Below are positions 1 to 12,910 of a stretch of 64,000 nt of DNA, one piece after another. Position 1 is the stretch's first letter. Each line of letters begins with the position of its first letter. This DNA comes from Callorhinchus milii. Lineage: Eukaryota. The stretch spans positions 80,478,001-80,542,000 of the forward strand of contig NW_024704743.1 in assembly GCF_018977255.1 (NCBI RefSeq), in the 5' to 3' direction. The position numbers and the translations under genes are program-made. The notes beneath the pieces were generated by a model that worked only from the letters and a program-made list of their open reading frames with translations, was not told where the DNA came from and did no database searches.

Positions 1-930
1 CTGCAGATGGTTGGGCAATTAAACTAACTGCATAATAAAGGCATTTTGTGTGCTGGAAACTGCCCCATATTCGATTATATCTGCAGGTGGTGTAATGAGC
101 TATAAAAGTGTGATGATGGACCAGAAGAGGGGTGGATACCCATTTGAAATATCATGTTTGATGCTTCCAACAGATTTGCATCTTATTTTGCTCTAAATGG
201 AAAGAATTTAGAAGAAATTTATGATTGCAATGATATTTTTCCATAAGCACTCTTCATCCTAATGCGAGAAACATTTTTCATGATATTTACCTGTTTGGCG
301 TAATAGATCACTGCTCCAGATTAAGCAGCACTGAATACTTCCTGTGGGGGGTATCAAACTCTATCCAATGTCACTGGGTGATTTCTTAAAATTCTGATAA
401 AATCTGAAAATCTTCTGATAATGTGAAACAAGCTCAATGTTTTTTAACCTCTTGGGGCTCTTTCTCTTTTAGTATCAATGATAAGAATCACAAATATGAA
501 AGACTCTTTGATGCATCTAGGGGATTATTAAGAGAAAAGATGTGAAGTCGATAAGTGAAATTCCTGTGCCAACCTACAAAATGTCATGTTTTTATTGTAT
601 TATTCCTGTAAAATACTGGGTGGAACTCCAACAAATGTTTTTCAACACTCACTTGGTTTCAACAAGTATAAGGAGTCATAGACTAACACATACAATGTGA
701 ATTACAATCCAGTGGCATGCCTGGAAGGAAAGGCTTTTCTGCGGTGAGTGTCCTCGATGAATGGTGCAATGCCAAGGGCAAACTTTTGCAAGAAATTCCT
801 GCTATCCTGGTTGCACACATGATTCATACAGTTTGCTTCATTTATCCCAAATGCTTTTGAAGCCCCAGGATGGGTTTATTGTTGACATAGCATTTTGTGG
901 TTTCATGATTTCTCCATGAATAGCACGCTA

Positions 931-1079
931 ATAAAATTGGTCATTGCACAACTTGGCTGCCGTGTTCATCCACAAAAAACACGCAATCACTCCACTCTAC
1001 AGTATATGCTGTGAAGCACTGTGGGACATCCCTCTGACGTCAGAGGTGCTATACCAAATGTAAGGATTATTATTGTTAT
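931..1079 (+). mobile_element. Deu-domain SINE, 3' fragment with L2-type tail
   Basis: TTGGCTGCCGTGTT Deu motif, then GTGAAGCACTGTGGGACATC...GACGT...GTGCTATA...AAGGATTATTATT; matches the 3' end of the SINE at 3362-3683. Confidence 0.8.
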
Positions 1080-1517
1080 AAACTCTCAACATTTCCACTC
1101 CAATAACTGTGAATGTATTGGAAATTCCCTGGAGCTCTTTTTGTCCCTTTGATCCAATCACCAGGCAGAGGCAGAATCAGCATTACATATACATACCAGC
1201 ACTGCCATCCACATTACTTTTGGGATACTACAAAATCTGTTTTCTGAATCACTTGGCTAGGGCCTTACAGAATCACAAGAGTTAGTAAATATTTAGTACC
1301 TACTGTCCATGTTGCACAATTGTCAAAAGTAGAAGCACCAACATAACCCAAGCTTGATTCGAAGGTCGAGATGTGCATTTTTTTTGGTTAACCTGGTGTC
1401 TCTCACATACAATGCTTAAGGGACTCCAAACTCAAATGCAGGTTCTATTTATGCTTTGAACTCTGTTTCTTTGGAACAGAATGCATTCTCTCTTCCTGGA
1501 AAGACTTGTGTTTCTCA

Positions 1518-1718
1518 CCTAATAATAATCCCTTCAAAAACAAAAAAAATAAATTGGTCATTTTCAATCCACGACTGTTTGTGGGACACTGCTGTGCACA
1601 ATTGGCTGCTGCGTTTCGCCCACAAATATACGGTCAATTCACTTTACAGTCTATTCTGTGAAGCACTTTGAGATGTCGAGAAGACGTGAAAAAGCACTAT
1701 ATCAAGGATTATTATTAT
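1518..1718 (+). mobile_element. tRNA-derived Deu-SINE, 5'-truncated (short subfamily)
   Basis: Colinear with about 3468-3683 from CCTAATAATAATCCC to the (TTA)n tail. Confidence 0.9.
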
Positions 1719-1796
1719 TCTATATATTATAATCCCAGAAAGGTGCAGGTTGACAAGGGTCAAGAATTGGAGATCCAAAAGTGTGTGTTGGATTTC

Positions 1797-2680
1797 CAAA
1801 CGACATTTTGTCCATCTGCGATCTCTGCCTTCTCATCCTCCTTGACCTCTCTGCTGCCTTCTATACCATTGACCATTCTATTCTCCTCCACCGCCTCTCC
1901 TCTCAACCTTCATGGTTCTCCTTGAATGGTACAGATCCTACATCTCACACCATCTCCACTTCATCTCCACAAACGGCTTCTCCTCTACCCCCCATACCAC
2001 CTAGCGTGGAGTTCTTCAGGGATCTATCCTTGGTCCCTTCCTTTTCAATATCTATATGCTTTCTCTTGGTGACATCATCCGCAGACATGGGGTCAATTTC
2101 CACATGTATGTGGATGACACCCAATTCTATCTCTACCTCCACCCTTGACTCCAGGACCACTGCTGTCCTGGCAGAATGTGTATCAGACATCAAGTCCTGG
2201 ATGAGAGCTAACTTTCTACAGTTGAACATCAACAAGACTGATGCCCTCCTGATTGGCTCCTGTCAGCCCCTCCACACCTCAGACACTGACAGCATCACCA
2301 TCCGTGGATGCTCACTCCACCTTACCAAGCCAGTCCAGAAACTTGACTCTTCGTTTGATCCTCAACTATCCTTTGTACCCCAGATTCATACCATGACCCG
2401 CTCTGCCTTCCCCAACCTCCACAACATCGCTTGGTTCTGCTACTGTCTCACATCGCAGTCTGCCGAGACCTTCATACATGCATTCATAACATCCAGGCTC
2501 GACTATGCAAACTCGCTGCTTGTCAGCCTCCCAACTCCTCCCTCCATAGGCTGCAGATCATCCAGAATTCTGCAGCCTGTGTCCTCTCCTGTACCAGGCT
2601 TCGCGAACCTCCATCCTCACCCGACTCCCCTGGCTTTCCATAACGCAGAGGATACAGATTCTGGTACTCACCTTCAAATC
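1797..2680 (+). mobile_element. Degenerate L2 LINE reverse transcriptase fragment
   Basis: [48 protein letters not shown] (YVDD), NFLQLN, SRLDYANSLL; frameshifted; homologous to about 32580-33490. Confidence 0.92.
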
Positions 2681-3361
2681 AATATTCCGAAACTTTGAGT
2701 AATATTTTTCAGATGAGTAAATAAAAAGAAGCATTTTAACAAATTGGCAATCTTATCATTAAAATTCACTTAAGCGCTCCAAGATGCTAGCAGCGTGAAG
2801 AGCACTATATAAGTGCAAGCTGGTGTTGTATCTTATTCCCCATAAAGATATTGCATTTGATCCTAGCTATCTGCCATGTTATTTTGCCTTATAGAGGACA
2901 ATTACCAGTTGAAAGCAAAATAATTGAAACTAAATGGTACAATTTGAAGTTCCAGTGTGCCTTATTCAATGATCACCATGTTAATTTTAGGTTTGTTTCA
3001 AAAGTAACCAACTGAGCTCATTGTATGTTCAAGGCTGGATTGCTGTTTAATAGGTTCCAGTGAATAATAAAACTGATGAGGTGAAGTAATTGCAGAACTT
3101 TAACCTTTAGTCAGTTGAGAATCAGAAAATGCATCTGAATAGGACAACAGTGGTACATGAGTAGATATAATTGCCAATTCAATAGATTTCAATGGACCTA
3201 GAAAAGTCTAATGGGGTTATTCTCTAATTTATTGGTGAATTTATGCACTTTAGTGGTGCTCTTACAATTGGAAAAAATATCAGGCGACCAAGGTCAGTAA
3301 ATATTCTGCTTAACTTCCTAACACCTGTAAATGATTCAGCGACAAGAGTAGTTCAGAACAC

Positions 3362-3683
3362 GTGGCGTCCTGTAGCTCAGTGGTTAGAGCGCTCGCTTTG
3401 CAAGCGAGAGACCTGAGTTCAATTCCAGGCAGGGCGAAACCTTGAGCAAGTTTCCTTATGCCACACGCCTAATAATAATCCCTCCAAAAAAACAAAACAA
3501 TCATAAATTGGTCATTTTCAATCTACGACTGTTTGTGGGACATTGCTGTGCGCAATTGGCTGCCGCGTTGGCTCCACAAATATACAGTCAATTCACTTTA
3601 CAGTGTGTTCTGTGAAGCGCTTTGGGACATCTTCCCGACGTGAAAAGCACTATATCAAATGCATGGATTATTGTTATTATTAT
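3362..3683 (+). mobile_element. Full-length young tRNA(Ala)-derived Deu-SINE with L2-type tail (short subfamily)
   Basis: A box TAGCTCAGTGG; anticodon arm CTCGC-TTTGCAA-GCGAG; B box GTTCAATTC; Deu motif TGTGGGACATTGCTGTGCGCAATTGGCTGCCGCG; stem-loop tail plus (TTA)n; TSD AGAACAC at 3355-3361 and 3684-3690. Confidence 0.95.
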
Positions 3684-3989
3684 AGAACACAGTATTTCAC
3701 TAAAAACAAACACAAAAAACATTAATTCTGTTCTTCTTCTGCACCGTGTATAAATCAATTACAATAAAAAGAATCCATCTGCTCTTCACCAAGCAATCCA
3801 ACAGGAATTGGTGTTGATTGCATAAAACCTTATTAAGTGTCAGCCACATGCCCTTCACACTGTTGACCATGCCATTCATTTTCATTGTCTCTCCTCTTTG
3901 ATCCACCTCAGTGGCACTGCACTTATTTAGTTCCACTCTTACTTGTCCCAGTGTCTTCATCACGTTTCGTTAAACAACTTTTCATATGA

Positions 3990-4800
3990 TGATTACCTGT
4001 GGTATGCCTCATTGATCCCCTCCTATTTAATATCTATAAACTTCCCATTGGAGACATCACAGTTGTTATCGGTATACATGTGGAAACAACATCAAGCCTC
4101 AGGATGATGTTGTTTGAGCTCCCAGGCTAATTCTTGCATTATTGCTATTCTACCCAAATACCTGTTGATCCTTAACTTCCTTCTGTTGAATGACAACAAA
4201 ATCTAAGTCATCTTGTTCAGGTCTCATCTCTGGTTCCAACTCTCTCAACTTCCTCATACCAGCTAATGAAGTCAGTGTATAATCTTTGGATTGTATTTGA
4301 TCCAAGCTCAGTTTCAAACCTTATCTCACCCTTGACAAAAATACTTTCTTCCATCTCTGAACATTACTTGCTTCTTCATTTGTGTTCTACATCAGCCCCT
4401 CCTGAAACCCAAATTCATGTCTTCACCTAAAGATTAAATTTCTCCAATTCTCTCCTTGTTTATCCTCCACAAGCTCCAACTCAACACCAGCTCCACATAT
4501 CCATTACTACTATGCCCACCGGCTCCCAGGCCTCTAATGGATTGTCTTCGAGATCATTTCCCTACCCTTGCCATTTCCTCCAACACTATTCACTTGGCAT
4601 TGCCCTCCTCTCTTCCAACTCTGGCATACTGATTATTACTCACTCCATCAGTCCATTATTGGTGATTGAGCCTTTGCCGACATGTTCTCATTTTTTGGAA
4701 TTGTCTTTCAAAAATCCTATCATGCTGCCCTGCTTCTCTGCCCCTCACCTTTTACCCCTACCTTTGGAAAAGTATCTCTGAACATGCCTTCGGTCATTAT
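3990..4800 (+). mobile_element. Old, highly degenerate L2 3' half
   Basis: Residual similarity to L2 RT and C-terminal motifs (TGTGGTATGCCTCA, ATTTGATCCAAG, TTCTCCAATTCTCTCCTTG); pyrimidine-rich. Confidence 0.7.
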
Positions 4801-6597
4801 TTTTAAATTCTCCTTTCTCACTGCTCTTCTGCAAGAGATTCTTTTTGTGTACAAAGATTAATCCTAAGAGTAGAGTTAGTAGTGGTTAGAAGTCTTTCTT
4901 GACACAGTGACTCAGTACAAGTCTACAATATTACAATATTATGTATGACTCTCAATAGCAGATTAACAAGAGAGGACTTGCTGCATTAATAGATCATTCA
5001 TCACATCTGCTGAATTTATCTGTGGGACCATGCTGGTGCTATGTTTACCCACCAAAACGTTCACTACACTTGACACTAATTACCTGTAAAAGCACATGTG
5101 GTAAGCTGTAATAAAATGCAAGGTCTTTTGTCAGAAATTTGGACAATGATGGATATTTAATAACCTAAGACCTCGACAGATAGACTGAGGGTTTCCTAAA
5201 TAAGAGTGTCCAAATCTGAGCCCAGGCTCCACTCACAACCTCATCCTCACTGATTTGAGTAATACTCAGTCAGGTTATTAAGCAGACTACTAAATAGCAC
5301 AATGTTCTGTTTCAGAGAGACACAATTTTAGTTAGGGCTTAATGTTAGCAAATGAAAGTTCACCTCTCAAACAATAATGGAATGGTACTGATGTGAGTTG
5401 TGTGAAAGTGCATGCCCCAGATCATGGGCCCTGGCCCTTGAAGTCGAATAGTATAATTGGATTTCAAAAATCTATTTCAAATTATTTTCTACTCACTGTT
5501 GTGCCGATCACTCACAAACCTTACGCTGAGGACTTCTGTGCTGCTATTACCACTGAACTCCATGGTAGGCTGATAAGAAATTCTACAGTGCAACCTTATT
5601 TTACCCCCCCCCCATTATAGCACAGCCTCATTTATAGCACTGGTGACCTGTGGACCCATGCTAATCACGTAGCTTCTGGCTCTGACTAGCCAGCTTCCTC
5701 TGATAAAGAATGGCCAACTTCCAGGTCATTGTAGACATTACTGCACATGCACATGCTCAGGAAATGCCACTGATGTCACTCTGTGAAGGAATATTTAATA
5801 ATCCATCAGTTTTTTTCTTCAAAAGCAGTGGATTTAGTGTCTTTATTTAAAAAAATGCTGCATGAACAATCAGTGTGTCAGAGTTATCGTGAGATGCAAG
5901 CTTGGGAGGAGGATTAATTGGGTTTTTCTTAAAGGGGAGTCATAAAGCAGAAACATTACATGAAAAGTAATGATGTATCAGCATGTTAAAGTGGGCGACT
6001 GATGTACTAAATACCATGTGACTTCCCTTTGCACCTTATTGCTTTGCAAAGGCCACCTCTATTACAGCTGCACTATATCAATTTCTCAGTGAAAAACAAC
6101 TAAGCTTGGTGAGGCTTACAAGTGTTAGTCTCAGATTCTATGATTTCAGAGCGAATGTAAACGTGAGTCTGTGAGTAAAGTAAACCCTCAGTCCCACACT
6201 GCTGATAAATCACACATAAGGACTCACAAATGACTGTTTAATATTGCAGCAATATATCATAGTCAGTAGACCATAGCACAGTCATGACTCTTACTTTGTG
6301 CATCTCTTTTATCATCTATTTACATCTGTAAGAAATGGTTAAGAACTGTATGGAATATTGTTGAAAATGAATATTAAGAGCTGACCTGGGATCAAGGACA
6401 TCTGTGAGTTCAGTACCTTCAAATGTGTTATAGAGGCTGTATCAAGTATCAAGCTTTCTGGGTTTCTTAATAATGTTTTGCCAAAGTTCTAGGTAATCAA
6501 CATGCTTTTTGGTTGAACATTTTTGTTTCTAATGTTGTTCGGCCTATTTTTGTTCTACCTAAAAATCCTACTTTTAAAGAGGATAACGGGATATAAA

Positions 6598-6938
6598 CAG
6601 GATAACCACAAAGACCTGTTACCCCAATTGTTTTATCTACAGTGCACTAACCAACAACTGAAACATGTGGAATAATAAAAATAATTGTATTTAGAAGTAC
6701 TTATTATATTCAGTATAAGTGTTTAACTTTATTTAGACGTACAGATGTCCAGAGGATCATTGTGAGTGCCATCATTTTCATGGCAGCTAATGATGTATCG
6801 CCATGTTCAGTGCGACATCTTCCATAACACAATTGAATGACAACGCAAAATGTATCTCTTACAGTTTGTTTCAGCTCCTCCGTAGTCTTACATCGCTGTT
6901 TTGTAACAGGGATACAAGAGGACTTTGTGGACACCCTG
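6598..6938 (-). mobile_element. Non-autonomous Tc1/mariner deletion derivative carrying the transposase C-terminus
   Basis: TIR CAGGGTGTCCACAAAGTCC (minus strand, from 6938) next to TA at 6939-6940; degenerate partner CAGGATAACCACAAAGACC at 6598; minus-strand peptides KTTEELKQTVRDTF and MSH*TWRYIISCHENDGTHNDPLD resemble mariner-type transposase C-termini. Confidence 0.75.
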
Positions 6939-7105
6939 TACAATAATGGTTAACAGTCTAAAAGGAAATATTAAATAGATTGGAATAAATTATACAAGAA
7001 AATGTAGTTTGAACTTCTAACGTTTCACAAAAGAATTATGGATTTTTAAAGTTAATAATATGACCCAATAAAATATTTTCCAGAGATACAGAATATTTTA
7101 TGATG

Positions 7106-7240
7106 ATAATAATAATCCGTATATGTGATATATATAGTGACTTTCACATCGCAAAGAACTTCACAGGATATATTCTAAAGTGTAGTGACTGTGTATCTTG
7201 TAGGAGAATGTGGCAGTCAATTTGTTCACCGCAATGTCCC
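7106..7240 (-). mobile_element. Older Deu-SINE 3' fragment
   Basis: Reverse complement of the Deu motif and (TTA)n tail. Confidence 0.75.
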
Positions 7241-7365
7241 CCACACAACAACAACTTGCCCTTCATGCAGAATTGCATGTTAGAATTCTGTACAGTGGTA
7301 GGGTTGGATGCTGAGCAAGGGTTAAGATGGAGGAGTAGATGATTTTTACAAAGTCTGATGTTGTG

Positions 7366-7682
7366 ATAATAATAATAATAATCCTTGCATTTGATATAGC
7401 GCTTTTCACGTCGGGAGGACGTCCCAAAGCGCTTCACAGAACACACTGTAAAGTGAATTGACTGTATATTTGTGGGCGAACGCGGCAGCCAATTGCGCAC
7501 AGCAATGTCCCACAAACAGTCGTAGATTGAAAATGACCAATTTTTATTGTTTTATTTTGGAGGGATTATTATTAGGCGTGTGGAGTAAGGAAACTTGCCC
7601 AAGGTTTCGCCCTGCCGGGAATTGAACTCAGGTCTCTCGCTTGCAAAGCGAGTGCTCTAACCACTGAGCTACAGGACTCCAC
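7366..7682 (-). mobile_element. Full-length young tRNA(Ala)-derived Deu-SINE (short subfamily)
   Basis: Reverse complement closely matches 3362-3683; starts GTGGAGTCCTGTAGCTCAG; CpGs intact. Confidence 0.95.
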
Positions 7683-8243
7683 AATGGGAGGACAGTAGGG
7701 GTGGGCATTCTGGAGGGATGAGATCAAAATGAGCTGGAGGTTCATCCAAACCAATCTTGTAATTTGTGATTTGAATTAAGTACCTAGATTCAACAGTAAA
7801 TCCCACCCTTAGAATAAGAAAATTTTCTCTCCCAGCTCTCACCATCACATGCAAAGCCCTTGAGAGTTAGTTTGACTCTTGCTAATTAGGGGAAACAAGC
7901 TCAATAGAAACAAATGTATTCCTCCACTAGCAGAACTTTTTCCATATACAGATCTCTAAGACTCACAATATATGTATTCTATGTATACGGTGTAAACTGT
8001 AACTCAACCAGAACTCTGTATAATACCAGAACTATTGAACCATAAACCTGTATGACACGTGGAAGGATGTTCATCCCATTGTATTAACGTTAGAGTTCGC
8101 TCCTTTATGAAACCGTTCATCCCTCCTCTTTCCCGATACTCTCTAATATACTTCCTAAGAAAGTGATTATCCCTGCCACTGTAAAGCGGTCCAAGACATT
8201 ATTCTATGTGAAGATTGCTGTAGAAATGCATGTTGTTGTTGTT

Positions 8244-8610
8244 ATCCAATTCTCCTTTAAATGCCACTCAATTGATTCTGTTACAACAGCCACTCCTGGC
8301 AATTCATTCCATATTTGAATAATAATATAATAATAATCCTTACATTTGATATAGCTCCTTATCACGTCTTTGCGACATCTCAAAGCGCTTTACAGAATAT
8401 ACTGTAAAATGAATTGTCTGTATATTTTATGGGTGATAGCTCTTCAGAAGAAAAAAAATCTTACCTTCTCTTCTCACAGTCCTAGTTGTACATTTAATTA
8501 ATGCCCTTTTGTTCTCGAATCACCTACCAGTGGAAATAATTTCTTCCCATTTATCACACTTATTATTTTAAACTCCTCTATTATATCAGCTCTCAACCCT
8601 CTCAGTCCTA
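8244..8610 (-). mobile_element. CR1 LINE 3' fragment interrupted by a SINE tail (about 8320-8436)
   Basis: Reverse complement resembles the CR1 ORF2 C-terminus at 27418-27700 (TTTCCACTGGTAGG..TCGAGAACAAAAGGGCAT, TGGAATGAATTGCCAGG). Confidence 0.75.
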
Positions 8611-9854
8611 CGGAGATACCCTGGGAAGCATGTAAACCTTACTAGAGTATTTTTATTAAAAAGAAAAAAAAGAATTTGACAAAATTATTTGCAGAAGAAG
8701 GTTTATTAATGTCATAAAATGTCGTACTACATCATTAAAACAGTGACAAACACAATAGTATCCAATTTTGCACCCAGCAGTATTGGAAGCAAGTCTGTGA
8801 AATTCATTACTGTATAATCGGCACCATAAAATGAACTCTATTAAAACTGTTACTACTAATTTAAAATTAGTTTTTTGCAAGAGAAAAATAAAGCCTCCAA
8901 ACCTCAAGTGTCCTCCTGTATGACAGGTCACTTTGGTTTAATAATTTAGCAACCAACGGCAAGAAATGTTTTCAATTTGCAGGTAACATAAATGCACAAT
9001 ACAAATGGTTTCCATCACTATAGTAACAGCAGCTCCTACCAACTCAGTACGAATAAAGCTCTTTAATGTACTTGGTTCAAGAGGGCATCAAATTGCAAAC
9101 AGTTTCATTTACCATTCCTAAGAATGTATTTTTCTAACCATTTTAAATGAGGTATCTATGAACTACATCATCAAAACCTACTCTGTTAGAATGAAAATTT
9201 GTCTGCACCCCACTGATTAAATTGCACTATTGGAATGCATTATTTAATATTGTTATATCATGTCCAATTGTGACTCTACACCAAAAAGCTATTCTATGTT
9301 GGAGAGTTATTGATCCTGTCATCACTTGAAGTTTTGTCCTTCTATAAATCATCATATCTCCATTGAAATTCCTACCAAAATGTAATTTAACTGTCAAATT
9401 CCATCATATATCAACCAATACAACTAAAAGATCCTGATCAAAACTGTTACATTCAATAACTTCAGCTCTCTGAAGGCGGTGAAGGGGTTGAAAACAGAAA
9501 TCACCTTGATGCTGGATAATGGTTTTGGAGGTTATTACAATTAACAACTCAAATATGTTTGCAGGTCTAATCTGCAGGACCGAGTTGTCTATTATCCACA
9601 AAATAAAAATCTTAGGTATTTTCCCAGCTTTTCAGGGGAAATTCTCTGTATTGCAAAATGGGAGAAAATCAAAGGGAAAACATTTGAAAGGAAAAAAAAC
9701 CCGGGTAAATTCAATGATTGAACACCGATGTAAAATACAATCACCAGGTTGTTGCACATACAGTATACAGCAACAGCTTGGATTTATATAACACCCTTCA
9801 CACAGGATAGCATCTTGGAGAGCCACACAGAAGGAGATTGGAAAACAGGAACAG

Positions 9855-10049
9855 GGGTTATAATTCCTTAAAAAAAATTGGTCATTTCAATCCACGACTG
9901 TTTGTGGGACACTGCTGTGTGTAATTGGTTGCCATGTTTCGCCCATAAAATATACAAAGTCAATTCACTTTACAGTATGTTCTGTGAAGCGCTTTGAGAC
10001 GTCTCGAAGACATGATAAGGTGCTATATCAAATGCAAGGATTATTATTA
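9855..10049 (+). mobile_element. Deu-SINE, 3' half
   Basis: AAATTGGTCATTTCAATCCACGACTGTTTGTGGGAC through the AAATGCAAGGATTATT tail. Confidence 0.9.
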
Positions 10050-10204
10050 GAGGCCATTGACAAATCCAGCCTGTTCCATCAGTTTGTTAGATCTTGGCAG
10101 ATCCTTTAATCCCAACAGCCCACCCTGCACCTCTACAGACCACACACTATATTTTCTGGGCTGGTAGTGTGGGGGTGGGGGGTAGAGGCAGTTCTGTAGA
10201 TACT

Positions 10205-10660
10205 CAACAATAACATCAACTTGCACTTATATAGTGCCCTCCACGCTGGGTGGCATCTCAGAGCGCTTAACAATGGTGGAGCCCAAGACCGAGCCAAGGG
10301 GAGGGGGAAGGTGACCATAGGCGCAGTCAAAAAGGCAGGTCTTCAGGCACGACCTGAAGATGGGGAAGGAGGGGGAAAGGCGGAGGGGTTGAGGGAGGGA
10401 GTTCCAAAGTTTTGGGGCGTAGTGGCTGAAGGCACAGCCGCCAATGATGGAGACGAGGATTCGGGGGATGCGGAGTAGGCCGGATCCAATAGAGCAGAAG
10501 CAGCGGGTACTGCTGTGGGGAGAGAGGAGGTTAGAGAGAAACGGGAGTGCCAAGGAATGGAGGGATTTAAACACTAGAGTGAGGACTTTGAAGTCGATCC
10601 CCTCTGTGACAGGGAGCCAGTGGAGTTTGGCAAGGACTAGAGTAATCAGGATACAATTTT
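10205..10660 (-). mobile_element. L2 LINE 3' fragment (older subfamily)
   Basis: Minus-strand LAKLHWLPVTEGIDFKVLTLVFKSLH...GGCAFSHYAPKLWNSLP plus (TTG)n-type tail. Confidence 0.92.
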
Positions 10661-11075
10661 GGTGTGGGTGAGAATGCAGACGACGGCGGTTTGAACAATC
10701 CTCAAAGATAATGGAACAATACCTCCAGGATATGATTCCAATTCCAATTTCTCGCATTTAGCTCTAGGCCACTTCCTCCCCTAGGGACTTTATTTCCCAT
10801 CCCCACGCACCCCACTTCCTCCAACAATTTATTATGTTCCATAAAGTATTTATTCATCTGAATATGCATAATCAATGAACCAAAAACTGTTCAGAAAAAC
10901 TACTCAGTTACTCTTTGAAAGAATTAATTGGCACTTCAAGAGCTTTCATTGGGAATCTTTGGGAATTTATTCCACATATTCACTGGTTGCATGTGTGGGG
11001 AAAGCAGTGAAAACACCCTTCTAATTTTTGGTTTTGCTTGAATATTTTAATCTTTTCACCTACGTCCTCTACTTA

Positions 11076-11185
11076 ATAATAATCCTTGCATTTGATATTG
11101 CACTTTATCACGTCTTTGAGATGTCTCAAAGTGCTTCACAGAATATACTGTAAAGTGAATTAATTGTATATTTTGTGAGCGAAAC
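11076..11185 (-). mobile_element. Deu-SINE tail fragment
   Basis: AATAATCCTTGCATTTGATA...GTCTCAAAGTGCTTCACAGAATATACTGTAAAG. Confidence 0.85.
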
Positions 11186-12611
11186 TTCTGTGCTCACAAA
11201 CAAATTCCTCTTTTTGAATTTCTCCTCACAACTTTGAACCTTAGAATCATTCCTGTGTCTCTTCTCTAACACCCTCTACAATGTTTCAATGACATTTTAT
11301 CTTTTCCTTTTTGGAGTTGGCGACCTCCATTTCTGAAGCCAACCATTCATTCTGGGTTTATGGCTCTACGGCACTCTGAGAAATCTCTGATTTCTTGCTC
11401 CAATGGAATTGTAATGATGCTCATTATTGACCATTCACTCATTTGTCTTCTTGCCTGGAAGCAAAGTCATAGACAATAGTGGACCTTTCATATAGGTCAG
11501 TCATTGCTAAGAGGAAGTATTCTGTCGTCTCACATCACTCACAGTAATGAAAACTGGAAATGACACTGCACTCACTATATCTTTATTTACAATGCACCAC
11601 ACAGTTCGTTCCTTTAAAACACAATAGCCCAAAGCATTTTAAAGAACACTGATCATCATTACTGCCTCATGACACTAAACGGTATCATGATCTGTTTGGG
11701 TACAAACATAAAGAGCACAGATACTGTATGCATGAAACAGCGGTGGCTATAATATTTACTCACATGTGAGGCTTAGCGTGTAATTTTGGAAGTAAGCACA
11801 GTTAGACAGTTAACTTGGCAGAAAGTGAACTCTTGAAAATGCTCAAATTAAATAGCATCTGTGGGTGCCCTAAACATAGAGAAGAAAATGTTATGTTTTT
11901 TTATTAAAAAATCTAATTTCCAAGAAGAATGTGCTCCTATAGATCCCATTCTGCTGGCTGTGTGGTTCAGTATATGGCTCAATGGAAAATGTGAGGGACA
12001 TGTTGAAAATATTATTATAAATTGTTCTTTCACAAGAAACTCTTCACACTGCTTATTGAAGGGGGAGGAAAGAGTTATTGCTTTTTTCACCAGTTCAAGT
12101 TCATGGTGAAAGCAGGTTTGAAACCTGATCAGAACACCGAGTTCAACACTGATGACCTTTCTGTACTTGCTGGTGAAAGATCCTGCAAACACATAAAATG
12201 GGCATTGGGGTTTTCACATGTTATTTAACAGACATAGTGACATGAAATTCACCTTTAACTTGTAACCAAGATTTTGCATTATTTTCAACTTGCATTTTCA
12301 AGATGCATTTCTGTCACCTACCAATCCCTGGTATCTTCTTATCGCTCGAATCGTCTACCCGTTTCCTCCACTTTCCCCCACCGCACAGCTGAATGGAGCT
12401 CCCTGATTGTTCCCCGCCCTCTCTGCGCCACCATCTGGTATTATAGAAATGCAAGTTGTTATTGTTGTTTATGTTGTTTAGGCATTTTATAAATGCAAGT
12501 TATTATTGTTTATATTATATAGTATCCCTCAATTAGGATACTATCTCAGAGTGCTTCACAATGACAAAGTCAGATGCCAAGCAAGCGAAAGGGGTGAGGG
12601 GAAGATGAAAG

Positions 12612-12910
12612 TGGGCAAGTTTCCTTACTCGATACGCCTCTGTTTGCCTAGCAGTAGTATCAACCCAATTGTTAGTCGATTGGAGTATTGCTTTTCTGGG
12701 GGAAATAATCCCTTCAAAAATAAATAAATCAATAATATTTGGTCACTTGATCCACAACTGTTTGTGGTACACTGCTGTTTGCAATTGGCTGCCGCATTCC
12801 ACCCACAAAATATACAGTCAATTTACTTTACAGTATATTCTGAGAAGTGCTTTGAGACATCTCGAGATGTGATAAAGCGCTGTATCAAATGCAAGGATTA
12901 GTATTATTAT
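12612..12910 (+). mobile_element. Deu-SINE, long subfamily, lacking the tRNA head
   Basis: TGGGCAAGTTTCCTTACT...CTGTTTGCCTAGCAGTA...TTAGTCGATT insert, then Deu motif and tail. Confidence 0.88.

Noticed and set aside
713..749. Collagen-like micro-exon GMPGRKGFS followed by GTGAGT
   Set aside because: Only three Gly-X-Y triplets, the pattern breaks before the donor, the acceptor is weak, and no other collagen exons are present.
3362..3438. Genuine tRNA-Ala genes (also 7610-7682 and 52753-52825)
   Set aside because: They continue directly into SINE body and tail, one has a TSD, T-stems are imperfect, and there is no oligo-T terminator right after the head.
12149..12182. Hammerhead-like CTGATGA...GAAA (also 3073 and 62875)
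   Set aside because: The stem II closing pair is missing or GAAA is absent, and no stems I and III with a cleavage triplet were found.
11848..12228. Cluster of 70-114 aa ORFs with splice-like sites
   Set aside because: No recognisable protein in any frame; lengths are compatible with chance.
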